Part shown: piece by piece, positions 47,820 to 58,597 of the stretch
Numbering within the stretch: the first letter of the stretch is position 1
Layout of the letters: each line of letters starts with the position of its first letter
Assembly (NCBI GenBank): GCA_004764695.1
Contig: SMSO01000036.1
Coordinates: forward strand, 1,922,001-1,986,000
DNA length: 64,000 nt
Reading direction: 5' to 3'
Source: Schizochytrium sp. TIO01
Lineage: Eukaryota; Protista; Bigyra: Labyrinthulomycetes
The notes under the pieces: generated by a model
Seen by the model: the letters and a program-made list of their open reading frames with translations, nothing else
Databases searched by the model: none
What the model was told of the DNA's origin: nothing
Made by a program: the position numbers and the translations under genes

Positions 47820-50225
47820 TCATGAAATACTCATTGAAGTGATCGCATGGAAAAGTGCAGGAATACTGTGCGATTTGATGGCTTTACGACAAGCTGTAAC
47901 AACAGCCTTCTGAGGGGGGCCAACCCGAACAAGCGATGCGCGTTGTATTATCTGGTTGACCTCACGAAGAGCGGCAAGCAATTCTGCTTGATTGTTTGAG
48001 CGTTTTGTGTATTCACCGATGAGCTGCATATTCACAGCGGTAAGATCAGAGTAAACTGCAGTTAAATTCGTAACATCCTGTAAGACCCGGGCATCTTCTG
48101 CACGAACAATTCCATTCTTAATGTAGGTTGATTCATCCGCCATTTCTGCGTGTAATCTCTGCCGTAAGCTCTGTAGTTCATCGACGCGCTGCATTAGGGC
48201 TTCAAGCCGATGCAACACTGATGGAAAATCTAGACAAGCCTCAACTTGTTTCACCTCAAGCAACGAGGCAATCGCTTGTACAAATTCTGCAACAATGTCA
48301 AGTGTGCTTCCCTCCACTTCATTCGTACGCCTGTTTCGTCCTCAGCAGCATGAATTGAGATTAAACTTCCATCATTTAGGTGGAAGAAGTGCATCTCCAA
48401 AGATCCAGATTTGCTCGGCTTACACTGGTTCGTGACTGCTTCGTGAGGAAACAGAGAGCGCAGGATATCCTCAACCGCCGCTAGGTTCACCCGTTTCAAA
48501 ATAAATGCAGCGTTGCCAATGTCCTCGTTCGGAGATTTTGTAGGAGCAAACATAGAAAAGCGGCACATAGGCTGCTCGCATTCAAAGATATGTAAATACT
48601 CCGATGAACCTCGAGCCGCAACTAGCGCCTGAACACGAAGTGTAGTAGGGATATTTTTCAAAGGACACAATGGCACCACCAAACGGCCATTTGATCCCGA
48701 GTCAGTAGACGCCCCAATGACACATTCTCCATCAAAAAGGCCAGCATCGAGAGAGAAAACGACCACATTCCTTACAACGCACCCCTCACTGACTTTTACG
48801 TTCAGGTGAAGACACTTTTCCTTTGCGTTTTGTATGAGCTCCACATCAACATGCGTGTCGTCAGGAATAGCACCAACCGCATCATCGATACTACCACTTT
48901 TTGCATTAGTAAGGTTCTTTTCCAATGAACGCAGCTCCATAGTCTTCAGCGTAAGCTGTTCTTGGAGCATAGCTAACTCAGCATTGTGGGGACCCACTTT
49001 GTTGTTTAAATTGCGTAGAGAAACCTGTGGTTTATCCTGGGCCAAAGCGTGCTCTGGAAGCAGTGCATCTCCTTTATCTTGCTCAGCTATATTAGCACCC
49101 TGCAACGCACGCAAGATATCGTCTCCAGAATTCTCATCCTTCATTAAAGTATCCAGGGGGCCAAAATCCGCTACGTTTTCTCCCATACTGGATCCTGCAA
49201 CAAACTCGTGCTTAGAGCCATCATATCCCCTCACCTCTCCATCTAAGGTGCAACAAATGAGTTCGTCTGCGCCAGTTCCTCGGTAGTCCCCAGTAAGAAG
49301 TGCACTCACTGAGGATGCAAGGGTTTCACGATACAGCACTTGTCCATCTTCATTCCGGCGAGCTTCAAGCTTACCATTGGACCACCCAGAAATGACCTCG
49401 TCCACTCCATCCCCATCCAAATCGTAAGCTGCCATAGTTTGTACGGTGTCCTTGGCTTTTACCCGCCATACGCGTATTTTCCCATCATAAACACCAATCG
49501 TGCCATTTGAGAGTCCGTATGCAAATCGAGACGTGAGATTTGAGTCAGTTGAGCCAGAAGAAGTTCGAACAGGGCATAGATGAGAAATACTTTCGGTCTC
49601 TGTAACCTCAAAAAGACTTTGTTCATTCTGAAAAGCTCGAATTTCAAAATCATCGCTTCCTACAATCAACTCGTCTTTACCATCACGATCAACATCAGCA
49701 AACATCATGGATGTTGCGCTACCACCGACAACAGTCCAGAACTGCTCTGTACCAGACTGGTCAAAGCCCTGCAGAGAGCAATCTCCTCCAACAAACACCA
49801 TGTTTTGTTTGCGGCCGTGCAGACAACCAAACTGCATTGACCTGACTCCTTCTGGGACGTCAATATAAAATTTATCTGAATTGTTGTGTACATCGTAGGC
49901 CAAAAGGCTACTGGTTGAGCCCACTAGCAAAGTATCCCGATTTTCTCCCTCGAAGCGACCGCAACGAAGTGCGCTGATTTGGCGGTTTAAGTTCAGGTAC
50001 CTTGCATTCGTCTGACTTGTCTCGGTGCTTTTCGGGCCTTGTAGAAGAACCCGATTCCCGCTTGTGGCAATCGCAAGGGTTCGCGGAGCTCGAGATCCTA
50101 TACTACTCTCATCTTCACCAGCGCGTCCGTTTGGCTTGCTGCCATGTTCATCGAATTGCCCAAGGCAAACAAGCCCCGGGGTGAATCTGCGTGTTCAACG
50201 CTGTGCGAAAGCTTGGTGCTAGCAT
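47820..50225 (-). pseudogene. BBS2: Bardet-Biedl syndrome 2 (BBSome) gene interrupted by two 1-nt frameshifts (pseudogene or assembly error)
   Basis: Motifs LLAYDVHNNSD, VGGDCSLQGFD, ELIVGSDDFEIR, FAYGLSNGTIGVY and C-terminal RAEDAR...N.QLIGEYTKRSNN. ATG 50225 (MLAPSF). +1 shift in CCCCGGGG 50174-50181; -1 shift at ~48320. Confidence 0.85.
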
Positions 50226-50479
50226 TATATCCTGTTCTTGGTATTTCAAGCCCGATCAGCGGCAGTGAGAGCAGTTGGAGTCCTGCGGAGTCGCCAGGGT
50301 TTGACTAAGCACTTGGCTGCCTTCGTGACCACTGTCTTCGCTGTCTTTCGTAATTGTTTGAGCTGTTGTTGTGCAGACCTTTCTTTGCTGTGAATTTGTG
50401 TTGCTCTAAATCCTATTCTAAATAAGACTAATCTAAAGCAGAGGTTCTATGACTTGTTCATACATACATACATACAAAT

Positions 50480-50773
50480 ATGAAGGACCTATCGTGGGTT
50501 TCCGTTCGTAGCCTTGGGCCTTACGCGTGGCTCTTACGATTGGGACCTCGTATTCGTGCACAATCTTCACCAGTAGCCCGTGGCAGCCTTGCTCTTGGCT
50601 CTAGTCCCCTTTTGGGCCCACCACGCGCTTCAATTGCAGCTTTCCGAGCGGAAACTCGACTTTCATCTCTTGGTTTCAAGTCAGACATCACACAGCCGTT
50701 GAGAGGGGGTACTCTGCACCGGTCGATCCGCAAGAGATGCCTTCCCACCCATGTGACGCCCCGCTTCACTTTT
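50480..50773. ncRNA. Candidate ~290-nt structured RNA of unknown class
   Basis: Nested stems 50498-50508/50645-50655, 50524-50530/50621-50627 and 50542-50546/50604-50608. Further stems 50658-50662/50678-50682 and 50686-50695/50749-50758. Terminal pairing TGAAG/CTTCA followed by TTTT. Confidence 0.45.
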
Positions 50774-51149
50774 CGTAATAACTCCTAACATACCCCTCCT
50801 CGCGCCGCCTCCCATTTAATAAGGACAATATGGGGGACATCCAAAAGAATTTATAAATAGCCTAATCTGATTCGTGTCGAGATTTCTACTAGTAGTGGCT
50901 AGGCACCTTGCTAGTACCTGCCTAGCAGTGGTGTTTGGGAGACAGAGATAATAAGGCAGAGAGAGATGGAAGATGTAATGCGAAGAATCATTAATATAGA
51001 AATTATGGAACAAGCAAGTGAAGACAGTAATGACGATCGAGTTGGCTTGATCTGTCGATTCACGGCGTCCTTGGCGAGCCTCTGCAGATCATAATTGGGA
51101 CTCGGAGGAGAAGATTCCTGTCGCTTTGGAAGCTTGAAGGGTCGCGAAG

Positions 51150-52664
51150 ATGGCAACTTTGGAGGAGGAGTACGACGTCGTAGTCGTGGGTGGAGGCCTT
51201 TCTGGGCTTTCTTGCGCCGGCCGGCTGGCACAACAACAGGAGGGCGTCCGCGTGCTGCTCTTGGAGGCCAAGGACCGCGTTGGAGGCCGGGTGTGTCCTG
51301 TGAAAGGCGTGGAGGGATTTCCTGAGAATTTAGAGTTTGATCTCGGCGCAGAATTCGTGCATGGAGATGGCACTGTGCTGCACGAGATTGCACGCGAGGA
51401 GGACTGGAAAATGCGCCAGATCTTCATCTGGGCTCACGGAGATGGCGGCCCTGCAGAGGAAGAGGCACCCGATGGTGGTGCGGGTTATTACTACGATGGT
51501 ATGGATCGCAAGCTTATGCGTTTTGATGCCTTGGATGACGACTTTGAAGAGCTCTCTGACGCTCTCGATAAACTTGGAGAGGATGGCGGCAAGTTTATGG
51601 AGGGCGAGAGCGTAGAAGGCTCCAAGATGAGCGAAGAAGAGCGTAAGACAAATTTGAAACAACATCTTTACAGTGCTGGCGTTTCTCGACGCGGAATTGC
51701 CATGGCTGAGGCCGGTTATGCGAATACTTTGGGTGCCTCCTTGGAGCACTTGTCGCTAGGACTGACAAGGCGTATTGAATATTTATGGGACAATGACGGT
51801 GGAGATGTGGACTTTCGCATCGTTCCTTCAACACGTCTTCTGCTCGAGCGACTCCAACGCGGCTTGGATGCAGAGCATGGAGTAGAAATTAAGAAGGGCT
51901 GCCCAGTCTTCAAGATTGAGCTACAGAGCAGTTCTGAGGCAGACGCGAGCGCTTTGGTCCAGGTTGAATATTTTGAAGGAGGCGAGGCCCGCACAGTCAA
52001 GGCTCGCCATGTTGTTGTTTCTGTGCCAGTACCTATTTTACAGGGTCGGATTGAGGGCGAAAGTATCAACTTCGTCCCGCAGCTCCCAGAGGACAAGAAG
52101 GCTGCCATTGACACTCTAGGTGTGCGTGGTGCCATGAAGGTTGTAGCACGTTTTAGCGAAAAGTTCTGGCCAGAGGACATGCACGGCACAGTCTGCTCTG
52201 ACAGCCATATTCCAGAGTTCTGGGCGCATGGAGCTGGCGCTCTCGTCGATGCTGACAGCAAGCCCATTGAAGGAGAACAAGCAGCTGCAGCTGCCAGTGC
52301 GGAACCTTGTCACATTTTGGTAGGTTTCGCTATGGCAGGCGCCGCAGCTAACCTAGCTACGTTCAAGGAAAGTCAGATCCTTGATATGTTCGTACAGCAG
52401 CTTGATGTGATTTTTGGAGATAAGAAGGCCTCGTCTAGTTTTTTACATGGTTTTGTACTGGACTGGTCTCAGGAGGCGTACATTCGAGGTGGTTATTCTT
52501 TCCCAAGTATCCATGAGCATACCAGCTCGCGAGGTATTGTGGCACGTTCTGAGTTTAACGGTCGTTTGCACTTTTGCGGCGAGGCCACCGATGCAACAGA
52601 GTCTTATATGACGATGCATTCCGCTATGCGCACTGGCATTCGTGCCGCCAACGAGATCCTATGA
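51150..52664 (+). CDS. Flavin-containing amine oxidoreductase (polyamine/monoamine oxidase family)
   Basis: FAD-binding VVVGGGLSGL...LLEAKDRVGGRV, DLGAEFVHG, and C-terminal HFCGEAT...TMHSAMRTGIRAA. Confidence 0.92.
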   Translation: MATLEEEYDVVVVGGGLSGLSCAGRLAQQQEGVRVLLLEAKDRVGGRVCPVKGVEGFPENLEFDLGAEFVHGDGTVLHEIAREEDWKMRQIFIWAHGDGGPAEEEAPDGGAGYYYDGMDRKLMRFDALDDDFEELSDALDKLGEDGGKFMEGESVEGSKMSEEERKTNLKQHLYSAGVSRRGIAMAEAGYANTLGASLEHLSLGLTRRIEYLWDNDGGDVDFRIVPSTRLLLERLQRGLDAEHGVEIKKGCPVFKIELQSSSEADASALVQVEYFEGGEARTVKARHVVVSVPVPILQGRIEGESINFVPQLPEDKKAAIDTLGVRGAMKVVARFSEKFWPEDMHGTVCSDSHIPEFWAHGAGALVDADSKPIEGEQAAAAASAEPCHILVGFAMAGAAANLATFKESQILDMFVQQLDVIFGDKKASSSFLHGFVLDWSQEAYIRGGYSFPSIHEHTSSRGIVARSEFNGRLHFCGEATDATESYMTMHSAMRTGIRAANEIL

Positions 52665-54284
52665 GGAAATGGATGAATTACTATCTGACGATAGATCTGA
52701 GTCATCACTTAATTGAGACGTTGCTCGCTGGCGCCCATTGTAATTCTTGAGGACTTTTTCAGATGAAGAATGCGGGCTTGCATTATCTAAGTAGCCTTGG
52801 CGAATTCGATTTCTCCGTCGATTCGTATTTCCCATTAAACCTCGTTCATGAACAATGTTATTCTCATTAGCATTCGTATCTTCGTTGAATCCTCCTGGGT
52901 CACTCTTCTTGCATGCATTACCAACAACATCCAATCGAAAAGTTTGCCTATGATTCGTCTCCCGGCGTGGCCTTTTATTTGGTCGCGCTTGCAAGCTGTT
53001 ATTTCCTGCACTACTAGCATCATTGGGAGCAATCAAGTTCACGTCGTTGCTGTTACTGCTGCTGCTACTGCTATTACTACTTGAAACAGCACCTGTGAGT
53101 TGCGGAGTACTTGTACTTGCAGAAGGTGGTGGGGCCCGAGTTGAATTCTTTTTGCAACTCGTTGCAGTGAGTGGTGATACTATGGCGGCAATATCATCGT
53201 TGTCAACTTCATCATCAGACGATGCAATATCTATCGTAATCAGTTGGGGTTCGCCATGGCTAATTCGCATAGATGCCATTTTTTCTGGAGTAATTGATTT
53301 TACGCTGTTGAGCTTGGACTGAAGACGAACAGCGATTTGCTCATCCTCTTGTTGTTGACGAAGTCGGTTTGCTTCGTTCTCAAGGCCTTCTGTACGAAGG
53401 AATTCCTCTAGCTTTCGTTCATTCTCAGCGGCCTCATTTTGACGAATCTCATTGTATCTTGACTCAAGATTCCGCAAATCAGCTAGAAGTTCGCCTTGTT
53501 TAGGAGCAATTACATTCTTGGGCAACAGTGAACTCGGACTAGACTCAGCTTTCGCAGTTTCCAGGCCTTGTGACAGTTGTTGCTCTAGTTCGGCTGTAAA
53601 TTTGAGCTGGATGTACTCCCATAAATTTGTATGAACAAATGACTCCATACCGCCAACACGACGAAGAAGTGTCCTTGATATTCCCATCGAGCATATTGGA
53701 CACTTGCTGCCATATTTTTCATAATAATCTTCCCATTCTTTGAAGCAAATCGGAGATTGCTTTCGGCATCTACATGGTAGCACAACAGGTTTGACAGGAA
53801 GTTCTTGACATATTGGGCACATTGGTTTCTCAGTTTCATCCACCGGGTCAAACCTAAGCAATCCCTTCGCAACCGCCTCAAGAACCTTATTTCCCTGTGA
53901 GACGCCTGAATCTGTATTCGTTGCTTGGGTATTGGGACATGTGTTTGCTTCTTCGCGTTTGGCCTGTTTTGAAGTCTTTTTCTGCTTCTGGGATTGTCGC
54001 CCGTCATTCTTCTGTGCCCTGCTCTTGGCGCGGTTCGAGCCCATTGTAGTGGTACTTGAGTCTGAGAGATTGCTACCAGATTTTACTTCGTTCTCTACCA
54101 CGAGTTCGTTCACAGCACCTAGCACGGTTGACCTGCTATTCAAAGCTTGTGCCATCATGCTCGTGTGAACACTGCTTACCTCTTTTGCGTGTTGTCTTCG
54201 GCGCCTGTAAACGTGCGTACTGGACGCACGATCTTTGATCTGCTGGTCGCCGTTTGCAGTTTCAGACTCGTCCGCGTCGCGCAT
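52659..54284 (-). CDS. RNF168-like RING + ubiquitin-binding (MIU/UMI) protein
   Basis: First ATG at 54284. RING CPICQELPVKPVVLPC...CPIC, then LWEYIQLKF, KQGELLADL and MIU-like QQQEDEQIAVRLQ. This order matches the RNF168 N-terminus as I recall it. Confidence 0.7.
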   Translation of the reverse strand: MRDADESETANGDQQIKDRASSTHVYRRRRQHAKEVSSVHTSMMAQALNSRSTVLGAVNELVVENEVKSGSNLSDSSTTTMGSNRAKSRAQKNDGRQSQKQKKTSKQAKREEANTCPNTQATNTDSGVSQGNKVLEAVAKGLLRFDPVDETEKPMCPICQELPVKPVVLPCRCRKQSPICFKEWEDYYEKYGSKCPICSMGISRTLLRRVGGMESFVHTNLWEYIQLKFTAELEQQLSQGLETAKAESSPSSLLPKNVIAPKQGELLADLRNLESRYNEIRQNEAAENERKLEEFLRTEGLENEANRLRQQQEDEQIAVRLQSKLNSVKSITPEKMASMRISHGEPQLITIDIASSDDEVDNDDIAAIVSPLTATSCKKNSTRAPPPSASTSTPQLTGAVSSSNSSSSSSNSNDVNLIAPNDASSAGNNSLQARPNKRPRRETNHRQTFRLDVVGNACKKSDPGGFNEDTNANENNIVHERGLMGNTNRRRNRIRQGYLDNASPHSSSEKVLKNYNGRQRATSQLSDDSDLSSDSNSSISS

Positions 54285-54911
54285 CACGTCAATATCCTCG
54301 CTACCAACGCTTGAAATATCCCCGCGTGCCCGAGGTTTCGGGGACTGTGTGCGCCCTTTTGCGTGCGTCTTTTTGCAGGGTTGTTTCCTCAAGCTGAGAT
54401 CTGCCGATTAGATGGTCTGTTTTCCTATGTAGGTACTTTAAGTTTTGACTATTTTTTGCTTCTTTATAGAATTTCATCATATGAAAGTTTTTGACCAGAG
54501 ATCGATATTTCTAAAATAGTTTTCCATAGAATTTATAAAAGAATTTATAAACGAAAGGAAAGGATCTCAAGCCTTTCCAATGACGAAAACACCATCATCA
54601 TAATAAACAATAAGTAATACTTGGTACCTAGAACATACGTTGCCATCGGGAGGTTGATCAAAGCCACCCCCCAACTTTTCTGAAATGTGTGTGGTGTAGT
54701 AAGTATAATATGAGAGCACCAGCACATGGAGAGGAGTTAGGTTGGAAAATTAAGTTCTATTCTCAAGAGGAAAAATCGTATGACTGTTGTTTGTATGGTT
54801 TTCTTGTCAACGTGTAAAGATCAGCACAGCTATTACTTAGTTACTTTATCATCCAGTATGGATGTGCGCAGATGGGTTTTACATCAAGCTCGGTTATAAT
54901 CTTTTGCTTGC

Positions 54912-56882
54912 TTAGTCGAGCTTGACGAGCTCGTAGATCTTGTAGATAAACTTGCGGGAGGCGTAGTAGCCGACAACGCCAGTTGCAAGGAAGAAGAGGA
55001 GCGAGAAAATAGTCATGTAGCCGAAGTAGAGGATGGCACTGACCATCAAGTCCATCTTGAGGCGGCTGGAGAAGTAGAAGACACTGTAGAGGAAGAGGTA
55101 GAGAGCAGACGAACCCGAAGTAAAGAAGGCACGCCAGCGCCAGCGGTAGTCCTCACCACAGAGCGCAAAGTAGGTAAGCACAACAGTGATCTCAGCGCAT
55201 GTGATAATGAGGATGATAAAGACAATGAAGAGGAAGCCAAAGAGACTGAAGAACTGGTCAAGCCAGAGAGAGGACAAAACGAAGAAGAGCTCGACAAAGA
55301 TAGCACCAAAAGGAAGGATGCCACCAATGAGCACAGTGAGCACAGGGTTCATGAACCAGGGTTGCTCGGGGATGGCACGCGGGATGTCCTGGGTGATGAC
55401 GGGCGGCTTCTCGAGGTCCTTCTTGTAGCCAAGGTAGGCACCGAAGAAGGTGAGAGGCACGCTGATGCAGAAGTAGAGCAGAAGGACAGCCACGATGGAA
55501 CCGAAGGGCACGGCGGTGGTGGATCCCTCGGCCCAAACCACGAGGTTAAGGAGGAAGAGCACAGCGCTGATGATACCAGGGTACAAAGTGGCAGTGAGAA
55601 GGGTGCAACGCTGCCACTCAAGGCCGGCGAACTCCTTGTAGGTACGAGCAGAGAAGTATCCTGCAGCAATACCCATGAAGATAAAGAGCAGCAGGAGACC
55701 GGTCATGAGAGAGCCACGGTAAGCAGGGCTGAGGAATCCGACAGCAGCAAAGACAATAGTTGCAACGGCCATACCAAGAACTTGGATACCGGTACCAACA
55801 GTGACTGCAAAGAGCATAGGGGCAGTGGGCGGGCGCAGGACATCTCCGTGGACAAGCTTCCAACCGCTCTCATCACGCTCCTCCATGCGCTCCTCCTCGG
55901 TGGGCACGCGGTTGTAGCGGGAGAGGTCACGGTAGACAGTGCGCATAAGGATCATTGCGACCATACCGGTGAGGAAGACGTCGATGAGGAGAGAGTTGAT
56001 AATGGAGAACCAGTGCACCTCGTCACTGCGCTTGTTCTTGGAGGTAAGGTAAACGTCCCAGCGAGAGGCCCACTTGATGTTTGACTTCTCCCACATGACG
56101 CTGTAAGACCAGACAACGGTGGTCTTGGCCTTCTTCTCGTCGAGAATGAGACCGTACTTGGTGTCCTTGGCCTCTGCGTTGGCGAAGTCACACTCGTACT
56201 GCTCCTTGATGCTTCCATCGCTCGCAAGGTTGTGCTTGACAGAGTAAGGTTCTGCGAATGCTCCGACAATGCGTCCAGGGAGCTCCTCAAACTGGATCTT
56301 GTCCTGGTTGGCAGCTACCTCAAAGTCAGGCACATGGTACTGGAGGATAATGTTAACGTGGTTGTTGAGGAAGTAGTGGGACTCACTCGGGTTTGAGGGC
56401 GAGACCATCATGCCACCAAGGGGAAAGCCGTGAGAGTAGTATCTGAGCTGCTTGGTCTTGGCCTCATTGAGGGTGCGGTAGGCAACGGGAAGGTTGTCCA
56501 CAATCCAGTTCACGAGGTATTGTTCCTCGATCTTCTCTACGAACTGACCAACCTCCTTGGCGGTGTACTCCTTGGTACAGAGAACCTTGGGGCACTTCTC
56601 CTCCTGATACATTCTGATATCGTACGGGGAGTTCTGCACAAGGTTGCCGGTGAGGTGCTCACCAAGGTTTTCGGGAGCGTCTTTAACGCCACCCTCGGGA
56701 AGGCAGTGTGGCAGGGAGTAGAAGCTGTAGTCAAGGTGGGTGCGCATGCTTGTCATGGCGTTAACCTTGAGAGCCACCTGTTCACCAGACTTATATTCAT
56801 GAGGGGCCACACCCGGAAGGTAGAACGCATTGGCGCTGGCCACCACGGAGGCGAGGACCACGACAGTGTTTAGGATCTGCAT
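54912..56882 (-). CDS. Transmembrane 9 superfamily member (TM9SF2/4, EMP70-type)
   Basis: Signal peptide, then FYLPGVAP, WASRWDVYL, HWFSIINS, EESGW-like DESGWKLVHGDVLRPP, nine TM helices and a C-terminal KLD. Confidence 0.95.
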   Translation of the reverse strand: MQILNTVVVLASVVASANAFYLPGVAPHEYKSGEQVALKVNAMTSMRTHLDYSFYSLPHCLPEGGVKDAPENLGEHLTGNLVQNSPYDIRMYQEEKCPKVLCTKEYTAKEVGQFVEKIEEQYLVNWIVDNLPVAYRTLNEAKTKQLRYYSHGFPLGGMMVSPSNPSESHYFLNNHVNIILQYHVPDFEVAANQDKIQFEELPGRIVGAFAEPYSVKHNLASDGSIKEQYECDFANAEAKDTKYGLILDEKKAKTTVVWSYSVMWEKSNIKWASRWDVYLTSKNKRSDEVHWFSIINSLLIDVFLTGMVAMILMRTVYRDLSRYNRVPTEEERMEERDESGWKLVHGDVLRPPTAPMLFAVTVGTGIQVLGMAVATIVFAAVGFLSPAYRGSLMTGLLLLFIFMGIAAGYFSARTYKEFAGLEWQRCTLLTATLYPGIISAVLFLLNLVVWAEGSTTAVPFGSIVAVLLLYFCISVPLTFFGAYLGYKKDLEKPPVITQDIPRAIPEQPWFMNPVLTVLIGGILPFGAIFVELFFVLSSLWLDQFFSLFGFLFIVFIILIITCAEITVVLTYFALCGEDYRWRWRAFFTSGSSALYLFLYSVFYFSSRLKMDLMVSAILYFGYMTIFSLLFFLATGVVGYYASRKFIYKIYELVKLD

Positions 56883-57551
56883 CTTGACTGTTATTATCGT
56901 TGTCAGTAACGAGATTCAATAGGACAGAAGAAATCAAGGAGATGTGCAAGAGACGAAGCCAAGAATCACGTTGATTCAACCACAAAGCTCTTCTGTCGGG
57001 CGAATGTGTCTGTTGAAACCCACGAAAGCTCTACTCGGCGCAGATATTGCGACGGGCGCCAGCTGTCGATTCCAACGTTCGCCACCTCGCTGCGGAGAGG
57101 CGGGGTAAGCTTGGCGGGAAGAGGGAAACTGCGGACCTCTGCTGGAGCGGCGGGCGGCAACGGCGGTAACTCTCGCGCGCAGCACCGAGCAGACTCGGCG
57201 GAGGCGAGCGGGTAGGAGTTATGTTGGATTCACTCGGGCATCCCTTCACTAACCTTGATTATTCACCTCTACCTGTCTCCTTTCTCCCTTTTACACGCAG
57301 CCGGCTCCATCGGAGAATCCTTTCATCCTCTCTATAGGCGGACAACGCGTGTCGGCAAAACTTCGCCGTTATTGGGCACTGTCGGCTATTCTTCAGTCCT
57401 CAGCGCAGTCCTACGGTTTACCATATACACCGCTACCAGTGCCTTTCCCAAAGTAGATAACTTTTTCTTTTCTTTCCTTTGATCTGCCTCATTACTTTTA
57501 GGTAGCGGTAACTTAATATTGAGAATATGCAATTTACATTAAATTATTAAC

Positions 57552-57580
57552 AATAATAATAATAATAATTATTATTATTT
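57552..57580. repeat. (AAT)n/(ATT)n inverted microsatellite
   Basis: aataataataataataattattattattt. Confidence 0.7.
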
Positions 57581-58488
57581 TAAATGAGAAAAGTTGGTGT
57601 AAAAGAATATTTTTGCCTCCAGCAGTTACTAGTAGCTAACTAACCGTCTGCCTATTACATAGCGAGTAAAGAGGCCAACTGTCCCTCCGTTTCTTATGAT
57701 GGGAGGAGCGTCTAAGAGAGAGAGAGAAAGCAAAGCAAGAACGGCAAAGCTCGCCCATTCTTGGCGGCGGAGGCTTGCCCAGTTGTGGCAGATATGGGCG
57801 GGGGCGTCCTCCTTCCCGGTCGGCTGAGCAGAGCTCTTCTGGGCTGTATTGCAATGCTGGTCTAGCGGGAGATTCGATCTCTGCGTGAGGAATACTTTTT
57901 CCCATCTAAAACGGTGCCGCTTTCCTTTTGTTTTCTTTTTTGTTCTTCCGTTATTAATTTTTATTAAATTAAACAGTTTTGTCCTTTTTCTCTCTCGTTT
58001 TCGTACTACTTCGCCGAAAGATGATGTACTTCGTTCCGTTTCTTCGCAATAACGCATGGATAGATATACTGTATCATAAATATGATGTGATGCACATCTT
58101 AGATACTTAGCTAGCTAGTTGTTTTTCAGGTATGTAGGTAGTAGGTACCTCCAGTGATTTCGCTGTTCCTGACAAAATCATGAGAGCAAAACTCGATTCA
58201 TTATATGGAATGGAGGGCTCTTGATCGAAATAGGGCATAGTCGAGAAAAGAGAAAGAGATAAACAAACAACCTATGAAGAAGAGCGCTAAATGAGTAATA
58301 TATTCCTATGTTGGAGCAAGCAATCGGTGATTCTTTGGAGTCTTTGCTCATCAACTTGAACTTGCTAAAAGCCTTTGACTCATACCTGCGTACTATTAGT
58401 TGAATTTGGGAAGTTCTCAGCTTTGATTGAGTACTCCATTTGACAATTCTTGTGCTAGCCTTCGATTCTTTGTCTGTTCGATCAGTCT

Positions 58489-58534
58489 ATTGCTCAATTG
58501 ATGCTCAATTGCTCAATTGATGCTCAATTGCTCA

Positions 58535-58594
<60 letters not shown>

Positions 58595-58597
58595 CTC
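58489..58597 (+). repeat. Compound repeat: 19-bp unit TTGCTCAATTGATGCTCAA x2 followed by ~15 x ATTG
   Basis: Read directly from the sequence. Confidence 0.9.

Noticed and set aside
50480-50773. RNase P/MRP, SRP or telomerase RNA identity for the structured element
   Set aside because: No matching P4 strand pair, no SRP helix-8 motif and no telomere-repeat template found.
22309-54284. Functional cluster of three E3 ligases plus Beclin-1
   Set aside because: E3 genes are abundant in eukaryotes and are interspersed with unrelated genes here. No evidence of co-regulation.
58489-58597. CRISPR-like or telomeric array
   Set aside because: No unique spacers, and the unit is not telomere-like. It is a simple satellite.
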